NCBI GenBank assembly: GCA_016748015.1
Contig: JAAOMT010000295.1
Span: forward strand, 248,001 to 312,000
Length of the DNA stretch: 64,000 nt
DNA from: Geosiphon pyriformis uo1
Lineage: Eukaryota; Fungi; Glomeromycota
Direction: 5' to 3'
The notes beneath the pieces were generated by a model. It saw only the letters and a program-made list of their open reading frames with translations, was not told where the DNA came from and ran no database searches. Positions 49,501 through 62,530 of this stretch are shown one piece after another. The first letter of the stretch is position 1; each line of letters starts with the position of its first letter. The position numbers and the translations under genes are program-made.

Positions 49501-51815
49501 TTGAGAGATTCTTAGCTAAAACTATAGAAATCTATTAGTCATTATAACAGAAAGATAATATTAATAGATACTAACAATAACAGAATTGACAACAACAATA
49601 ACAATTCTGGAAATCAGATTTCTGTAATTGTTACTACTGTTAAAAATTTGAACATATTGTTAAGAATTGCTAAAAAAAATAACAGACTAAAACCAAGAAA
49701 ACTAATATTAACAACAATCAAAATATCTTTAAGTTGTAGGATTCCAATATTCTAAATATTACTCACTATAGTGTTTATATCAACTGTTTTAGAATTACTA
49801 TCAGCAACTACAAGCAATGATACAAATAATTTCTTAGTACCAAGTTTCTATATATAATCATCTCAGATTTTAAATAATTGACTATAAGTAAAAATGGCAA
49901 AACACCAGTAGAAATTAGATGCAATTTATTAGCAGGCTATTTTGACCAGTAAATTGTGATAATATATTATCTTAAACAGCATAAACTGAATATTCAAACC
50001 AGATTTTATATCTTGGTTTTATAGAAACTTCAAATTTTGGTATTGCTATATTTTTAAAAAAAAAAATATAGTTAAAATTATTAATTTTTCTACTTAAAAC
50101 ACAAATTTTGTCTATTAATACAATTTTACCTGCTACAATTACTAAAAATAATATTTTTATTGTTATATTTCTATTTAATATTAATAATCTAAATACTACT
50201 AATCTTTTTAATAAAGCTGTTATTAATCAGAATAAACTAATTATGATAATACATACTGATGCCAAAGTAGGATAATTAAATATTAAATTAATACTCAATA
50301 GTAAATTTGTAAACAGCATAATTATAAAACAACTTATAAATCAATTAAGTTACCAAGTAAATTATGCAGTCACCACTAAAATAATTATCATGAATAAAAA
50401 TACCAAAACACTAATAGAAAAAATTAACAACTTCCTTTTCAAAATTCATAAAATCAGCATTTCAACTAAAGTATTTATTATAGAAGCCACTCAGTATTAA
50501 ACTTTTATAAAAAATAATTGGTTAACTAAAGTCTATGTTATGCTTGACTAAAACACTTAAGAACTCCAAATTACTTTTAACAAACAACATACTAAAGTAT
50601 TCATCATATATAAATACTTCAAAATGGGAATCTTAGAACAACTCTTGATTGAATTTGAAGAACTTATCTTTCAGCCAATCTTGGAAACTTATTAAGTTTT
50701 TTGGGCTAACAATTATAAAACAAAGCCATTACCATCTACATAAGAAAAAAAAGATAAAAAAAAGACTAACAAAGAACCCAAAATATTAATATTAATCTAT
50801 TTAACTCTAAATTAAAAAAATTAATTTTATTAATCCCTAAAATTAATCTGTATTAATTGTGAAAAGAAATTGTTTTCAATAAATGTCTGTATTAGAGACA
50901 ATAAAGTATGGCCAACTGCCATCAAATACTATTGCCAACTTTGTGTATTAGAACAATTTGAATAACCAAAATAACAAGACAAATAAAACAACACACTATG
51001 TTTTACATATGACAAAATTTTATCAAATAAAAATTATGAAATGATGTCTTTAACAGAAAAAAAACATATAATAAATTCTGCCAATACATTATTCTAATTA
51101 ATGACTGGACCTGAAAAAAAATTCTATTTGCTACAGTTTATAGTTAAACAATAAACCAACTAAATTTATATTTTTACAATAAAAAAAAATTTGAAAAATA
51201 ATCACAAACAAATAAAAAAATGTCACAATTGAAGAAATATACACCATAAAAAATGTCTTAGTAATTATCAAAAAAATGGACAATCTATTTACAGATAATC
51301 TTAAAACATTTTAAGACCAGTACCAAAAACTGGCCTTTATTTGAAAAGAACAAGAACAGAAACTAGCAGATCTTAATATAAAACTGTGTAATTATTGTTT
51401 GATTTTTTGCTATTTTTAATACTGCAATAAATGTGATTTTTTGTTTAATTTACTTCCAAAAACACTATATTCTATTATCAAACTACAAAAATCTAAGAAA
51501 AAATACAAGTTTACTATTGAGAACATATTATTTTAAAAGCCAAGTAAGGCTATTAAAATAGAATAATATCTTACCTATCTTGATCTTTTTAAAAAATTAG
51601 AATTGAAATAGTATAATAATGACAACAAAAAAATATGCTTTAAAAAAGCACATAAAGATAATACTGGATTTGATTTAAGATACTTTAGACAATCCTTATA
51701 ATTATAGTTTTATACTTTTTTGTAAAAATAGATCTCAAAATAGCTTTAGAAATTTCTATTAGTACTATGTTTCAAGTTGCCTCCAATCTAATCTTATAAA
51801 AAAAAGAATTACAAA
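46600..51815 (+). mobile_element. Degenerate Gypsy element C: LTR remnant, PBS, gag, knuckle, protease, Cys-rich domain, dUTPase; truncated
   Basis: PBS-like tttggtg at 47105; gag MAY*DIIRLKKFSS ~48905; knuckle CYYC*KFEHIVKNC ~49628; protease ~50250-50560; Cys clusters 50835-51440; dUTPase motifs 51648-51810. Confidence 0.85.
47566..48475 (-). mobile_element. Family-B solo LTR inserted in element C
   Basis: Minus strand tgttactc at 48475 to ctataaca at 47566; homologous to 45629-46559; flanks ACAA/ATAA (4-bp TSD with one C>T). Confidence 0.85.
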
Positions 51816-51829
51816 TTTTAACAAAGTTA

Positions 51830-52033
51830 TGAAAATTATATAGTTTGAAGTATTATATAATCTGATTATTACAATTTATGTATTGTATAAATTGGATTAT
51901 TAATTAAATAGTAATTCAAACAATTTAATATAATAATAAATAATAAATTAAAATAATAATATATACTAATAAATAATAGGAATTATAAAAATAATTTTAT
52001 ACTAAATAATATCTTAAATTTTTATTAATAATA
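51830..52033 (-). mobile_element. Degraded 5' fragment of a family-A LTR
   Basis: The reverse complement aligns to the first ~200 nt of the LTR at 9881. Confidence 0.6.
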
Positions 52034-54987
52034 ATACTGATTAAATTATAAATTATAACTTTAATACTTGAATATATTCTAATATTTATTAATATTATAA
52101 TTTGCTTAAATAGTTAAACAGTTTTGAATACATATTAAGCAAAATTAAAATTAATTATATCTAATTTTTATAATAATTGTTGAATAAAATATTAATATAT
52201 TGTTAATATTATTAATAATAAAAATATTTTAATAAAATAATTAAAAGTAAAAAGATATTTTAATATCTTAAATAATAAATATATTAACAAATTAACAAAT
52301 TAGATTTTTTTTTGATTTAATATTTTCAGTTAATATTTAAAAAAAGTTTTTGGTTGTTAATAACAAAGTTGTTTTAATAATATATACTATTTTATTAAAT
52401 TAGTAAACAATATAATTTAATATATTTTATAAAAAATAAGTTATAATTAATGTTATAAACTATTCATATTTTAATAATATTAAATAAGAAATTACTGTTT
52501 TGGTTTAATATTTTAATTTATATATAATTGCTAAATATATTAGCAAATTTACATACATATATAATAAAAGTTTTACATAAAAGATTATTAGTTATAATTA
52601 AAAAAAACTTAATAACAAATATTATTTGAATATTTTGTATATATATTATAACAAGATATAATTTTTTAATTATATTTTTACTTGTAATTTAGATTTATTT
52701 ATCTATAAAAATTTGTTAATTAATTATTTTAAGCTTTAAAAGTCTTTAATTAGCATATGCTTATTATTATTAACAATGTTTTATATAAGGATTTTATGTT
52801 TGAGTTTTGGTTAATTAAAATTATATTAGATTTTAAAAAAATTAAGTTAATATTTTTTATTTAATTAATTATATATATAGTTTAATTAATTATAAAGATA
52901 AAATTTCATTGTTTAATTTAAAATTTTAAGCAAAAATAAAGAAAAATAGTTTTTTGTCTATTATTAAAACAAAATTAATTGCTGTTTAAAAGTTTTTAAA
53001 TTACTTTTTAAAGAGTATAATATATTTGTTAAGAATAATAAAAGATTAAGCTATTAATTTTGGGTTTAAAATTAAATATTTGTTTTATATTAAAGCCAAT
53101 AATAATATTTTTGTTAATATAATCATGTAAATTTGTTTTAATTTACTAAGTTGCTAGTTATATATAAGAAATACATGAATTATATTTAATTTAAAACTCT
53201 AAATAATTGTATTATATTAGATAATAATTAATTATATTTGTAAAATAAATAAAAAATATATATAGTTATTAATTATAAAAATTAATTATTAAATTTTTTG
53301 TTTAATATTTTTAAAAATAATAAGTATTATTAATATATTTTGTAAATTTACAAAATTTTTATTAATAAATAAAAAATAATATTAAAATTAATTAATATTT
53401 TTATACTAATATTAAAACTTAAAACAAGATTAAATATAAGATAAAAGTTTTTATTAAAATTTAAATTTAAAGCTTTAACAAAAACTTAATTTACAATTTT
53501 TTTATTTAAATTATTAACAAGATTTTAAAAACTTAAAATAAAAACTAAAATATTTAAATATATTATTATTGTTGTATTTAAATTTGGTTATTTTTTAATA
53601 AAATATTAACAAATAATATAATTAGTTTTTTTATAATATAAACAAAAATTATTAATTTAATAACACAATTTTTTAATGTTTATAAAAAACTTAAACTAAA
53701 TTGTATTTATTAATACAAAATTAAAATAAAACCAAATAATTAATATTTTTTTTTTCAATTAATATTATTAAAAAATTAGTTTTATAATAATGTTTTTGGT
53801 TTAAAAATAAAAAAATATTTATTAGTTTAAACTTAAATAATTAATTATATGTAAAATAAAACTTATAATTTAATTTTAAAAATAAAAACAATATAAAAAT
53901 TATTAAAATCATATTTTTTAAAACAAATAAATAATAATAATAATAACTTTTATTATATTAATATATTAAATAATAAAAAAGTCAATATTTATTTAATAAA
54001 TAAGGTTTAATTATTTTTAAATACCAAATAAATATACTTTATGCAAATTAAAATAATAATTTTTATTTATTTGTTAATTAAAATATAAAATGTAAATATT
54101 TTGTATTTAATCATAATTGCATTAAGAAATAATATTAATATTATAATAATTGGTTTTATTTTTTATTATAAAATATTTATTTATTATTTTTTTGTTTTTC
54201 TATTGCTTTTGTATTTTTGTTGTAATAGTTTCTAACTTAGCTTTAACCAAATATTTTTTGAATTTTTAATAAGTTTTTTTCTTGTAAGTATTATGTTATA
54301 AGTTATTTCAAAAATATTAACAAATATTGGATAAATTTATTCTTAAATTCTTAATTTAAATATAAAACATTAGTTGGTGTTATAATTTGCAGAATATATT
54401 ATATTTTAGTAATTTTAATATGTTATTGTCTTCAAAACCTGTGATAAAATTATAATAAATCAATTTGTAATTCATTTTGGTTGGAAAAATATAAGTAATT
54501 AAGTAATACAATTGACATTTTTATCAAAACTTGGTAATCTATCAATAATTATTTTGGTTTTCTATTATGGTATTTTTTTATATTATTATAAATGTATAGT
54601 ATTATACTATTTGTTATCAAATTTGCTTTTATATTTCTTCTAGTTTTCGTTTCTTTCTTGGTTTATCGTAAGTTGGCATTAATGTTCATTTATTGATTTT
54701 TATTTTTCGTTCTTCTTGATAAATTTCATAAGTAATTTTTTCATTATCTAGATATTCCTCGAGGATTTTAGCATCATTCATATTAAACACAAATGGAGTA
54801 AATTAATTTCATTTTTATATTTTAAAATTTCGGTCATAACTTAGTCTATGAATTTATGTCATCCGTCTCTTAGTTGATCTTTCAGCCACCCCACAATGAA
54901 ATAAAAAACAAAAATATTTATTTGAATAATTGATTAGCTATAGCGAATCGAAAATTTGTTGTTCAAGAGGTTTTGATCAAAGTAGAA

Positions 54988-57953
54988 ATGGATGTTGACA
55001 AGCTTTTCAAGCTTCCCTCTATTCCCAGCGGCAAAAACAAACGTAAACTACCAGCTACTCCTAACTTAGAATTATTAAAGCGCTCAAGGGTGGCAGAGGA
55101 AGACGAGTCTGAACAGCCTAGCATTATCACTGACAAAAAAGGAAAAGGAAAATCTGTCATAATATCTGATCTAATTGAGGGATTAGAACATAATGAAGAT
55201 TATCAAGAAGAGGAAGAGGAGGACGGAAGGTTTTATGGAGGTGGTCTCACCGAAGAGCAAAAGAAAATTCTTGATTTTGTTGATCAGGCTGAAGTTGACG
55301 AGGTTTGTTGGTTGAGTGGAATTAGTCATAATTTTTACTGCATGAGATATTTCACAAACTATATTTTTCACGCTCAACCATTTTTGATTTTGGGAAAAGA
55401 CTGAAAATTTAGATGCTCCAAGTATTCGTAAAATGATACTTAAATTTGAAAAAGCGATTACCAAGAATCAGGAACTACGTGTCAAGTATCCAGATCAACC
55501 CGCAAAGTAGGTTGCTTTCACCAAATATTTATTCAAAGATCAATTCAAATTTGATATGTATTTTATTCCCCATCAGATTCATGGAATCAGAAGCTGATTT
55601 AGACGAAGAAATAAAACATTTAATGACATTGACTGAAGCGCCTGATCTTTATCCTCTTATCGTTGAATTGGGTACGGTTACTCATCTTGCATCCTTGTTG
55701 ACGCATGAGAATACCGATATTAGCATTGACGTTGTTGAACTATTGAATGATTTAACGGATGAGGATGTGGCTGGGGAAGAGAATGAAGAAGGGATGAAAG
55801 TTTTGGTTGATGCTTTGGTAAACCAAATTTTTTGTTCGACTAAGTTACGAATGTATTGAAAATGGAGCGTTTGCTAAATAATAATTTAAAGCTTGAAAAT
55901 CAAGTTCCCGAGCTTCTCATCCAAAATCTTAGGCGATTGGACGAAGAAGAGACAGTGGACAAGCAAGGTGTATTTAATACGTTAGGTAGGGCATTTCAAT
56001 ATTCATAGTTGTCGTTACTTAGATTTAACACAAAATCTCAAACTCACAGGTGTGGTTGAGAATTTGACTTCGTTCGAGCCTTCCATGTCAGAGAAAATAG
56101 TTCAAAATACGAACATTATGCAATGGATATTAGCACGCCTCAAAATAAAAGGCTTTGACTCTAACAAGCAATACGCTAGCGAAATTTTGGCTATATTACT
56201 TCAAAATAGCCGGGGTACGTTTCTTTTACAGTTGTATATTACACTTCCTAGGATTCTCCGCATACCAAACTTTTCTTTCTGATATTTTAGCTAATCGTCT
56301 CGTTTTGGGAGAATTGAACGGGGTTGATGTATTATTACAAGTTTTAAACGTAAGGATCAAGGAATTTTTATCAAAGGAGAAAAAATTACGCGGTTCCTAT
56401 ATTCATTAATAAACTTTTATTTGCCCGCAGAAAGGCTTACAAACGCAAGGACCCAAAAGACGATGATGAGACAGAAATGATGGAAAATCTTTTTGATGCC
56501 TTGTGCTTAGCTGTAACAGAGCCGGAGATCAAGCAAAAATTTTTAGAAGGTGAAGGAGTTGAGCTAATGCTTATCATGATAAAGTGAGTTAATTGATGTT
56601 AATAATTTCTTTTGTGCTTTTTTTTATGAGCCAGTTTTTGAGAAACTTTAATATATTCCAATCAGGGAAAAAAAAATGTCACGAATGCGTTCAATAAAAG
56701 TACTGGATCATGCAATGTGGACTCGATATGGTGCTGCCAATTGTGAAAAATTTGTGGATATTTTCGGTTTGAAAACGCTTTTTGCGACATTCATGCGGAA
56801 GGTATGAACCGTAATGCGAGGTTTAATTGATTGCCAGAAGTATTAAAAATTTAATCATATTAGGGCCTTAGGAAGTTCAAAAAAAATTATAAATCGTTTT
56901 CAGAAGCTGAGGAAGAAGGTTTTTGGCAACTTAAAATTCATGATTCTTTTAAGCATTTTCATTTTCGCCTAAGTCAACTCATGAATATTATGTAATTCGA
57001 TCGTAGAGCATATCATTGGAATTATTGTGTCACTTTTAAAAAATCTTCCAAAATATAGCGAAAATCGCTTGCGATTGGTTCAAAAATTTTCTGAAAATGA
57101 TTACGAAAAGGTCGATCGCCTGCTAGAAATGAGAGAAAATTACGAAGTAAAAGTTGCTATTGTTGATCGAGAAATTGAAGAAAGAAAAAAGGTTCATTCT
57201 TGCTTTTCCGTTGATTTCCCTTTAAATTAAGATTCGTTATACTAATAGTAATTTAATATCTCAGGAACTTGAAGATGATGATACTTTAGATGATGATACT
57301 TTGGAAGAATTTTATCGAAGAAGACTTGCTGCAGGATTATTTACCATGCAGCTTGTGGACTTGACGATAGCATGGATCTGCGAGGATGATTTTAAGGTTT
57401 GATTTATTTTCTCCATTAACCTTTTCATTGGGCAAATTATACACAATATTTATTATTATTATTATTTACAACCTTGATTTTGAGTTCCACCTTTTAAGCT
57501 TAATGACATGAGGTTCGCATTAATGATTATACTTTGTGTAACAATAATTTTTTCGTAAACGATAGGTTAAACAACATGTAAAAACTTTATTAAATCGCCG
57601 GGGCCGAAGCTTGGTGGACGTGCGTATGAATTTAGAAGGTAATTTGAGTTGCATTAAACTCGGGGTTTTTACTCTAATATGTTTCCAAATAAGGGAATTT
57701 AATTCTATTATTTGTGTAAACAGAATATCTTAAAAAGCTTGGAGATGGCAATCAACCATCAGCAGAATTACAACAAAATGATAATCCAGTGATCCACCAA
57801 ATAAAAGTTAAATCATTCAGCGAATCTCAGCCGATGGACTTGGATGACAATGAGCAACCCACCAAAACAAATACCCTGAAGAGTGATATCACTCTGCAAG
57901 ATCAATTTGAGAAAGAAGTGATAGAGAAATTGGTGGAAAATTTAGAGCTCTAA
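54988..57953 (+). CDS. CTNNBL1: Beta-catenin-like protein 1 (Prp19/CDC5L complex), multi-exon
   Basis: EDGRFYGGG; FEKAITKNQELRVKYPDQPAKFMESEADLDEEI; LLTHENTDISIDVVELLNDLTDED; NKQYASEILAILLQ; EMMENLFDALC; FLEGEGVELM; FSENDYEKVDRL; AGLFTMQ. Confidence 0.96.
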
Positions 57954-58740
57954 CCGGCTTTTTATTAAGCACTTATTTTCCATATCGAAATTGTTCAGCA
58001 AAGATAAATGGTTCAACAATGAACACATTATATTGCCTGATACCAATAATGAGTCGTCTACAATTCTGCTGTTAACACTTTTTAGTAGAATGTACAACCA
58101 ACAGTATTGAATGATGCAGATAATGAGACAATGCATACTCCTTTTTAGTGTTTCACCAGATAATAGAAACATGTACTTTTCCTTCTTTGATTTCGGTTAC
58201 CTTTGTTAAATGCAAGGTAACCATGCCATATATATAATTTCCATATTAGTAAAAAAGGTTATGTTCGGGATTGAATGGTCGAGCCCATATAAATCAAACA
58301 AGTGGGATATATAACGAGGGAAATCCTTATAAACGTAATCAAATAGCGCAATACACTTTCCTTTAACGTTTTGAAAGAAAGCGCTCTTGTTTGGAACCTT
58401 CTGTACATGAATTAACTTCAGGGAAAAGAAAGGATCAATTTGACAGCTTCATTTTCAATTATCTCAATAGAAGTCTGTACTATTGAATTTTCTATTTTTC
58501 TCTATCACTCGCTCACTATAAACCTTACCGTGACTGACAGCACTCGATCTTAACTTCTCTGTATAATATTTTTGTCATATATCTTTTTTCTACATTTTCC
58601 ACGCTGGCGTGTTTACTTTAATTGCATTTTATTCTTTCTATATAAACTGTCAAACCAACTTAGTAAAAGGATCAATTGACTGAAAGACTACATTATCTTC
58701 TCAATTCCTATCTTATCACATCACATAAATTCGTTTCAAA

Positions 58741-59255
58741 ATGAATCCTTTAACACGTGTCCTCTTGCTTACTCTTTGTCTCTTGTGTATTCTCTGTTCC
58801 GTGTCGCTGGTTAAGGCGTCCGGAGTCAACCTCCATCGTGATGTCTATCTTGTAAATAATTCCACCCAAAATCTTGATGGATTGGCCGTTGATGGTCGAG
58901 AACAATACGATTACACCTCTAGTAATGCGGACTTACGGCAAGTTAGCAGAACACCAGACCCAACTAGTAAAGGGTTAAGGGTAAGTATTTTCGCTCTTTT
59001 TTTCCTTGGCTTTTACGATACAAATTATTGATTGGCATATTTTCCTCAATTAGGGGATCCTTTATGATCGAGGAGAAGCTTGTCCACAAAGTCCAGGACC
59101 AGGCATCAAACCGTCAAACATTAATTTACTGATTGCTCTCATCAACACAAGCAGCCATTGTTCAACATACGAACAACTTGATACTGTTCAACATGAAGGT
59201 GTAATCGGTGCCATTATTATTCAATCCTCCGCTGAGTCGGAAGAAACCCATGATG

Positions 59256-59287
<32 letters not shown>

Positions 59288-60387
59288 AATGATGTCTCTG
59301 CCATCAATATACCTGCCTTCTCTATTAATAACGTGAATGGAAATAATCTTTTAAAAATATTGAGAACTTTTAACAACGTGACAATAAACCGTGGCGATGG
59401 TTTTGAGATGGTTCGCGTTATTATGCTGCCTTCGCAGGATGGATTTGGTGGGGCTTGGAAAATTGCTATTTTAGTGGTTGGTTGCTTGCTTGCTGTTTCA
59501 TTTTTGATTTCTGGTATGTATTTAATCGTTAAGGATTTTATTCCTTTTGAAAGAATTACCAATAAAATTATTAAAATCAAATATTAATTTTTATAGTGGC
59601 TATTCATTTCCGTCTTTACCAACTCAGGCGCCGAGAACGTTCAGTCATTATCGCTCAACAGGAGGCCAGTCATAATTCAAAGTTGGATATTTATAAACTG
59701 GACGAAACCGTGGTAAAATCCTTTCCTACCACTATCTACCAAAAAGAATCCTCTAAAGATGTGTGCATTCTGATCCCCGAGCCAAATCAATCCTATATTT
59801 CTGGTGTCCGTGAATCTTCATCTTCCCCTTACACATTAACTCGCGCTTCTGGCATCAGAAGTGATTGCTCTCGATCTGTTACCTTCGATCCAAAGAAAAT
59901 CGGTGAATCATCTATGACCGAGGAAAATCATACAAATGATATTTGTGCTATTTGTTTGGAGGAATTTGAAAATGGTGAATTACTTCGTGAATTGCCAAAA
60001 TGTACACATCTATATCATACGGATTGCGTTGATCGTTGGCTTACAACAAAGTCATCTCATTGCCCACTTTGTAAACAAGATTGCACACCCGCTGATATTG
60101 CAAAGAAACGACAAAAAACTTCGCAGCTTCAATCAAGACTTTCCAACCTCTACGCCAACGACCTCGGCAGTTCTCGAATTTCTAATGAAATCCATAATTA
60201 CCATGAGGAGACTCATAATCCTCTACATGGCTCTACATTTGGGCGAATTCTTGGCTGGTTTGGATACGGTGAATCAGATGAAAACAGTCATAGTGGGCAC
60301 ACACGTCCTCAAGGTAGCGATCCATTTGGGATACAAGAATTGCCACCCGTAGTTGTAAGACCAGTTAATATTGGTCGCGTTGTTTGA
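58741..60387 (+). CDS. PA-TM-RING-H2 E3 ubiquitin ligase (RNF13/GRAIL-like architecture), 3 exons
   Basis: Signal peptide; PA-like region (LRGIL...IALI..C..GVIGAII...IPAFSI); [22 protein letters not shown]; RING-H2 [24 protein letters not shown]...CPLC. Confidence 0.92.
59258..59290 (+). repeat. (AAT)n microsatellite encoding poly-Asn in the PA domain
   Basis: aat aat act followed by 8 x aat. Confidence 0.9.
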
Positions 60388-61905
60388 ATGAATTCAAACC
60401 TGAATAATCGGAAATAATTTCAAAAAATTCATTTCTGTAATCATTTCCACAACCCCAAACCATCATCCCTACCTCATTCGAGACTTTCAATCAACAACAC
60501 TTTTATATCATTCCCTATTGCATTTAGCTCTTGTACAAAGTAATCATGTTTCATCTCAGCACATTTCCCTTAGATGCATTTTGTAGTTATAAATAAAAAT
60601 TCTTTGACATTTTAGCATTTTAGCATTGTTGCATCTTCACACATTTATAAATAGATTTCGTGTACACAACCAAACATTTGCATACTTTTATTATAGAAGT
60701 TCCAATTTTACCTTCTCACTTGCATTTTTCCCGACATTCATTCTGCATATTTGTTCTTGCTCTTCACTATGGTACACTTGATGATACAACAACTGCAGGT
60801 CTAAATACTTTTTCTTGTATTATTTCTATAGGTTGAGATATTTCCTTTTGTGTAGTTTTCCCTTTAACTAGTAATATATATATATATGTATTTAACATTT
60901 GATATCATTCAGAAAGTTTCCCAAGTCAAATAACTTGAAATCTTTTGAATTAACAAAAAAAAAATTCCCTGACCTTTTAACCATTACTTTCGACTTACTT
61001 TTATCATTTCCATTATATGTCTTCAACCGAAACAAGGTCACTTATAAATATTTCCAAACCAAAATTCAATAAAATTAGTACAAACATAATTTGTATACAT
61101 ACTAAAAATATAGGCTTGGAATTTATAAAAATCGTAGAGAAAAGAATAATTTAGTTTCACAATGAGACGCTTCAAATTGACATGATTATACGGGAGGGCC
61201 AAGTCTCGGAAATATTTCACATGAGTGAAATTATGAAAGAGACTGATGGAGTTGATTTCAGTCAACTTTTATATTTATAGAAGCAATCTTTTCAAATATA
61301 CAATTTATATCCTTAAAGACATTGTTACGTATCATCTATTGTTTTTAAGTCATGATTGTTCTTTAAACCAGGATCCTAATTGTTTGTATTCCATATATGT
61401 TATATAGGATGGACATATGGATTTTAGTTTGTATATTATTCCATTCAAGTACAATGATGAGAATGAGGCTCTCACACATAATACCTGATAATACAGTGTA
61501 TTTCATTTGATTGAGCTGAAAAATTAAGAATTTACAAATATATTTAATTGCTGGGGGAATTATAAAAATGATTTGTGCAATTGAAAAGTCACAAGTTGAA
61601 CGAACAATATTACAAAAAATCCCAACAATTAGATAAAAGAGAACTTCTAAAAATTTCTCCGATATCTTTTTGGTTTCCGATTGTTTTTTATCAATATTGG
61701 GAAAAAAGACTACATAACTCCCTGCAAGATTTTCTCAAGTTTTTATGTTTGTTTGTTGGTAAAATTTGGGAACGCATGTTAAGCAGCCGAAAATTTTCCG
61801 TGTCCTAATTTGCTATAAATTCATTGGCCACGCTTCCACCAGATTTTTGTTCTGTTAAGAAAATTATTGTTAACCCCTTTACCCAATAAAATAATATAAT
61901 CTGTA

Positions 61906-62530
61906 ATGTCAGAAGAAGCTAAACAATATACTTTAAACGAAGTCTCTTCCCATAGAACTAAGAGTTCTTTATATATAGCTGTTCATGGTAAGGTTTACGA
62001 TGTTACCAACTTTATTGATGAGGTATGTTGAAGATTTATGAAAAATCCTTAACCCTTTAATTGTTGTGAGTATTGATAGGCTAACTTTCTATACACAGCA
62101 CCCAGGTGGTGAAGAGGTGCTTCTTGATGAAGGAGGTAAAGACGCCACAGAGGCTTTTGATGATGTAGGTCATTCTGAAGAGGCCTATGAAATTTTGAAA
62201 AGACACTACATTGGTGAATTAAAGGATGTAAGTGAATGATGAACTTATTCAAAACTTTATAAGTTCAATCATTTATAGGGTTATTCTTGAAATTTCTTCT
62301 ACCTAGGCTCCACCTCCATCAATAACGATTAAAAGCACCCCTTATGAAAAAACAACGCAACCTGAATCCCCCAGGTATTGTTGATGTGATGTGAATATTT
62401 AAGATCTCTTGAAGGCAATTATTTAATTTATGGTTTTTTTTATTTTTTGCTATCTAGTAATTTCGGAATTTTCATTCCGATCGCAGTGCTTATTGCTTAT
62501 ATTGCCTACAAATACGTCTCCCAATCTTAA
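61906..62530 (+). CDS. CYB5: Cytochrome b5, tail-anchored (4 exons; not called in the ORF track)
   Basis: [28 protein letters not shown]|[33 protein letters not shown]|...|[18 protein letters not shown]. Confidence 0.97.

Noticed and set aside
57274-57303. 15-bp duplication encoding DDDTL twice in CTNNBL1
   Set aside because: Small in-frame slippage in an acidic linker; no sign of significance.
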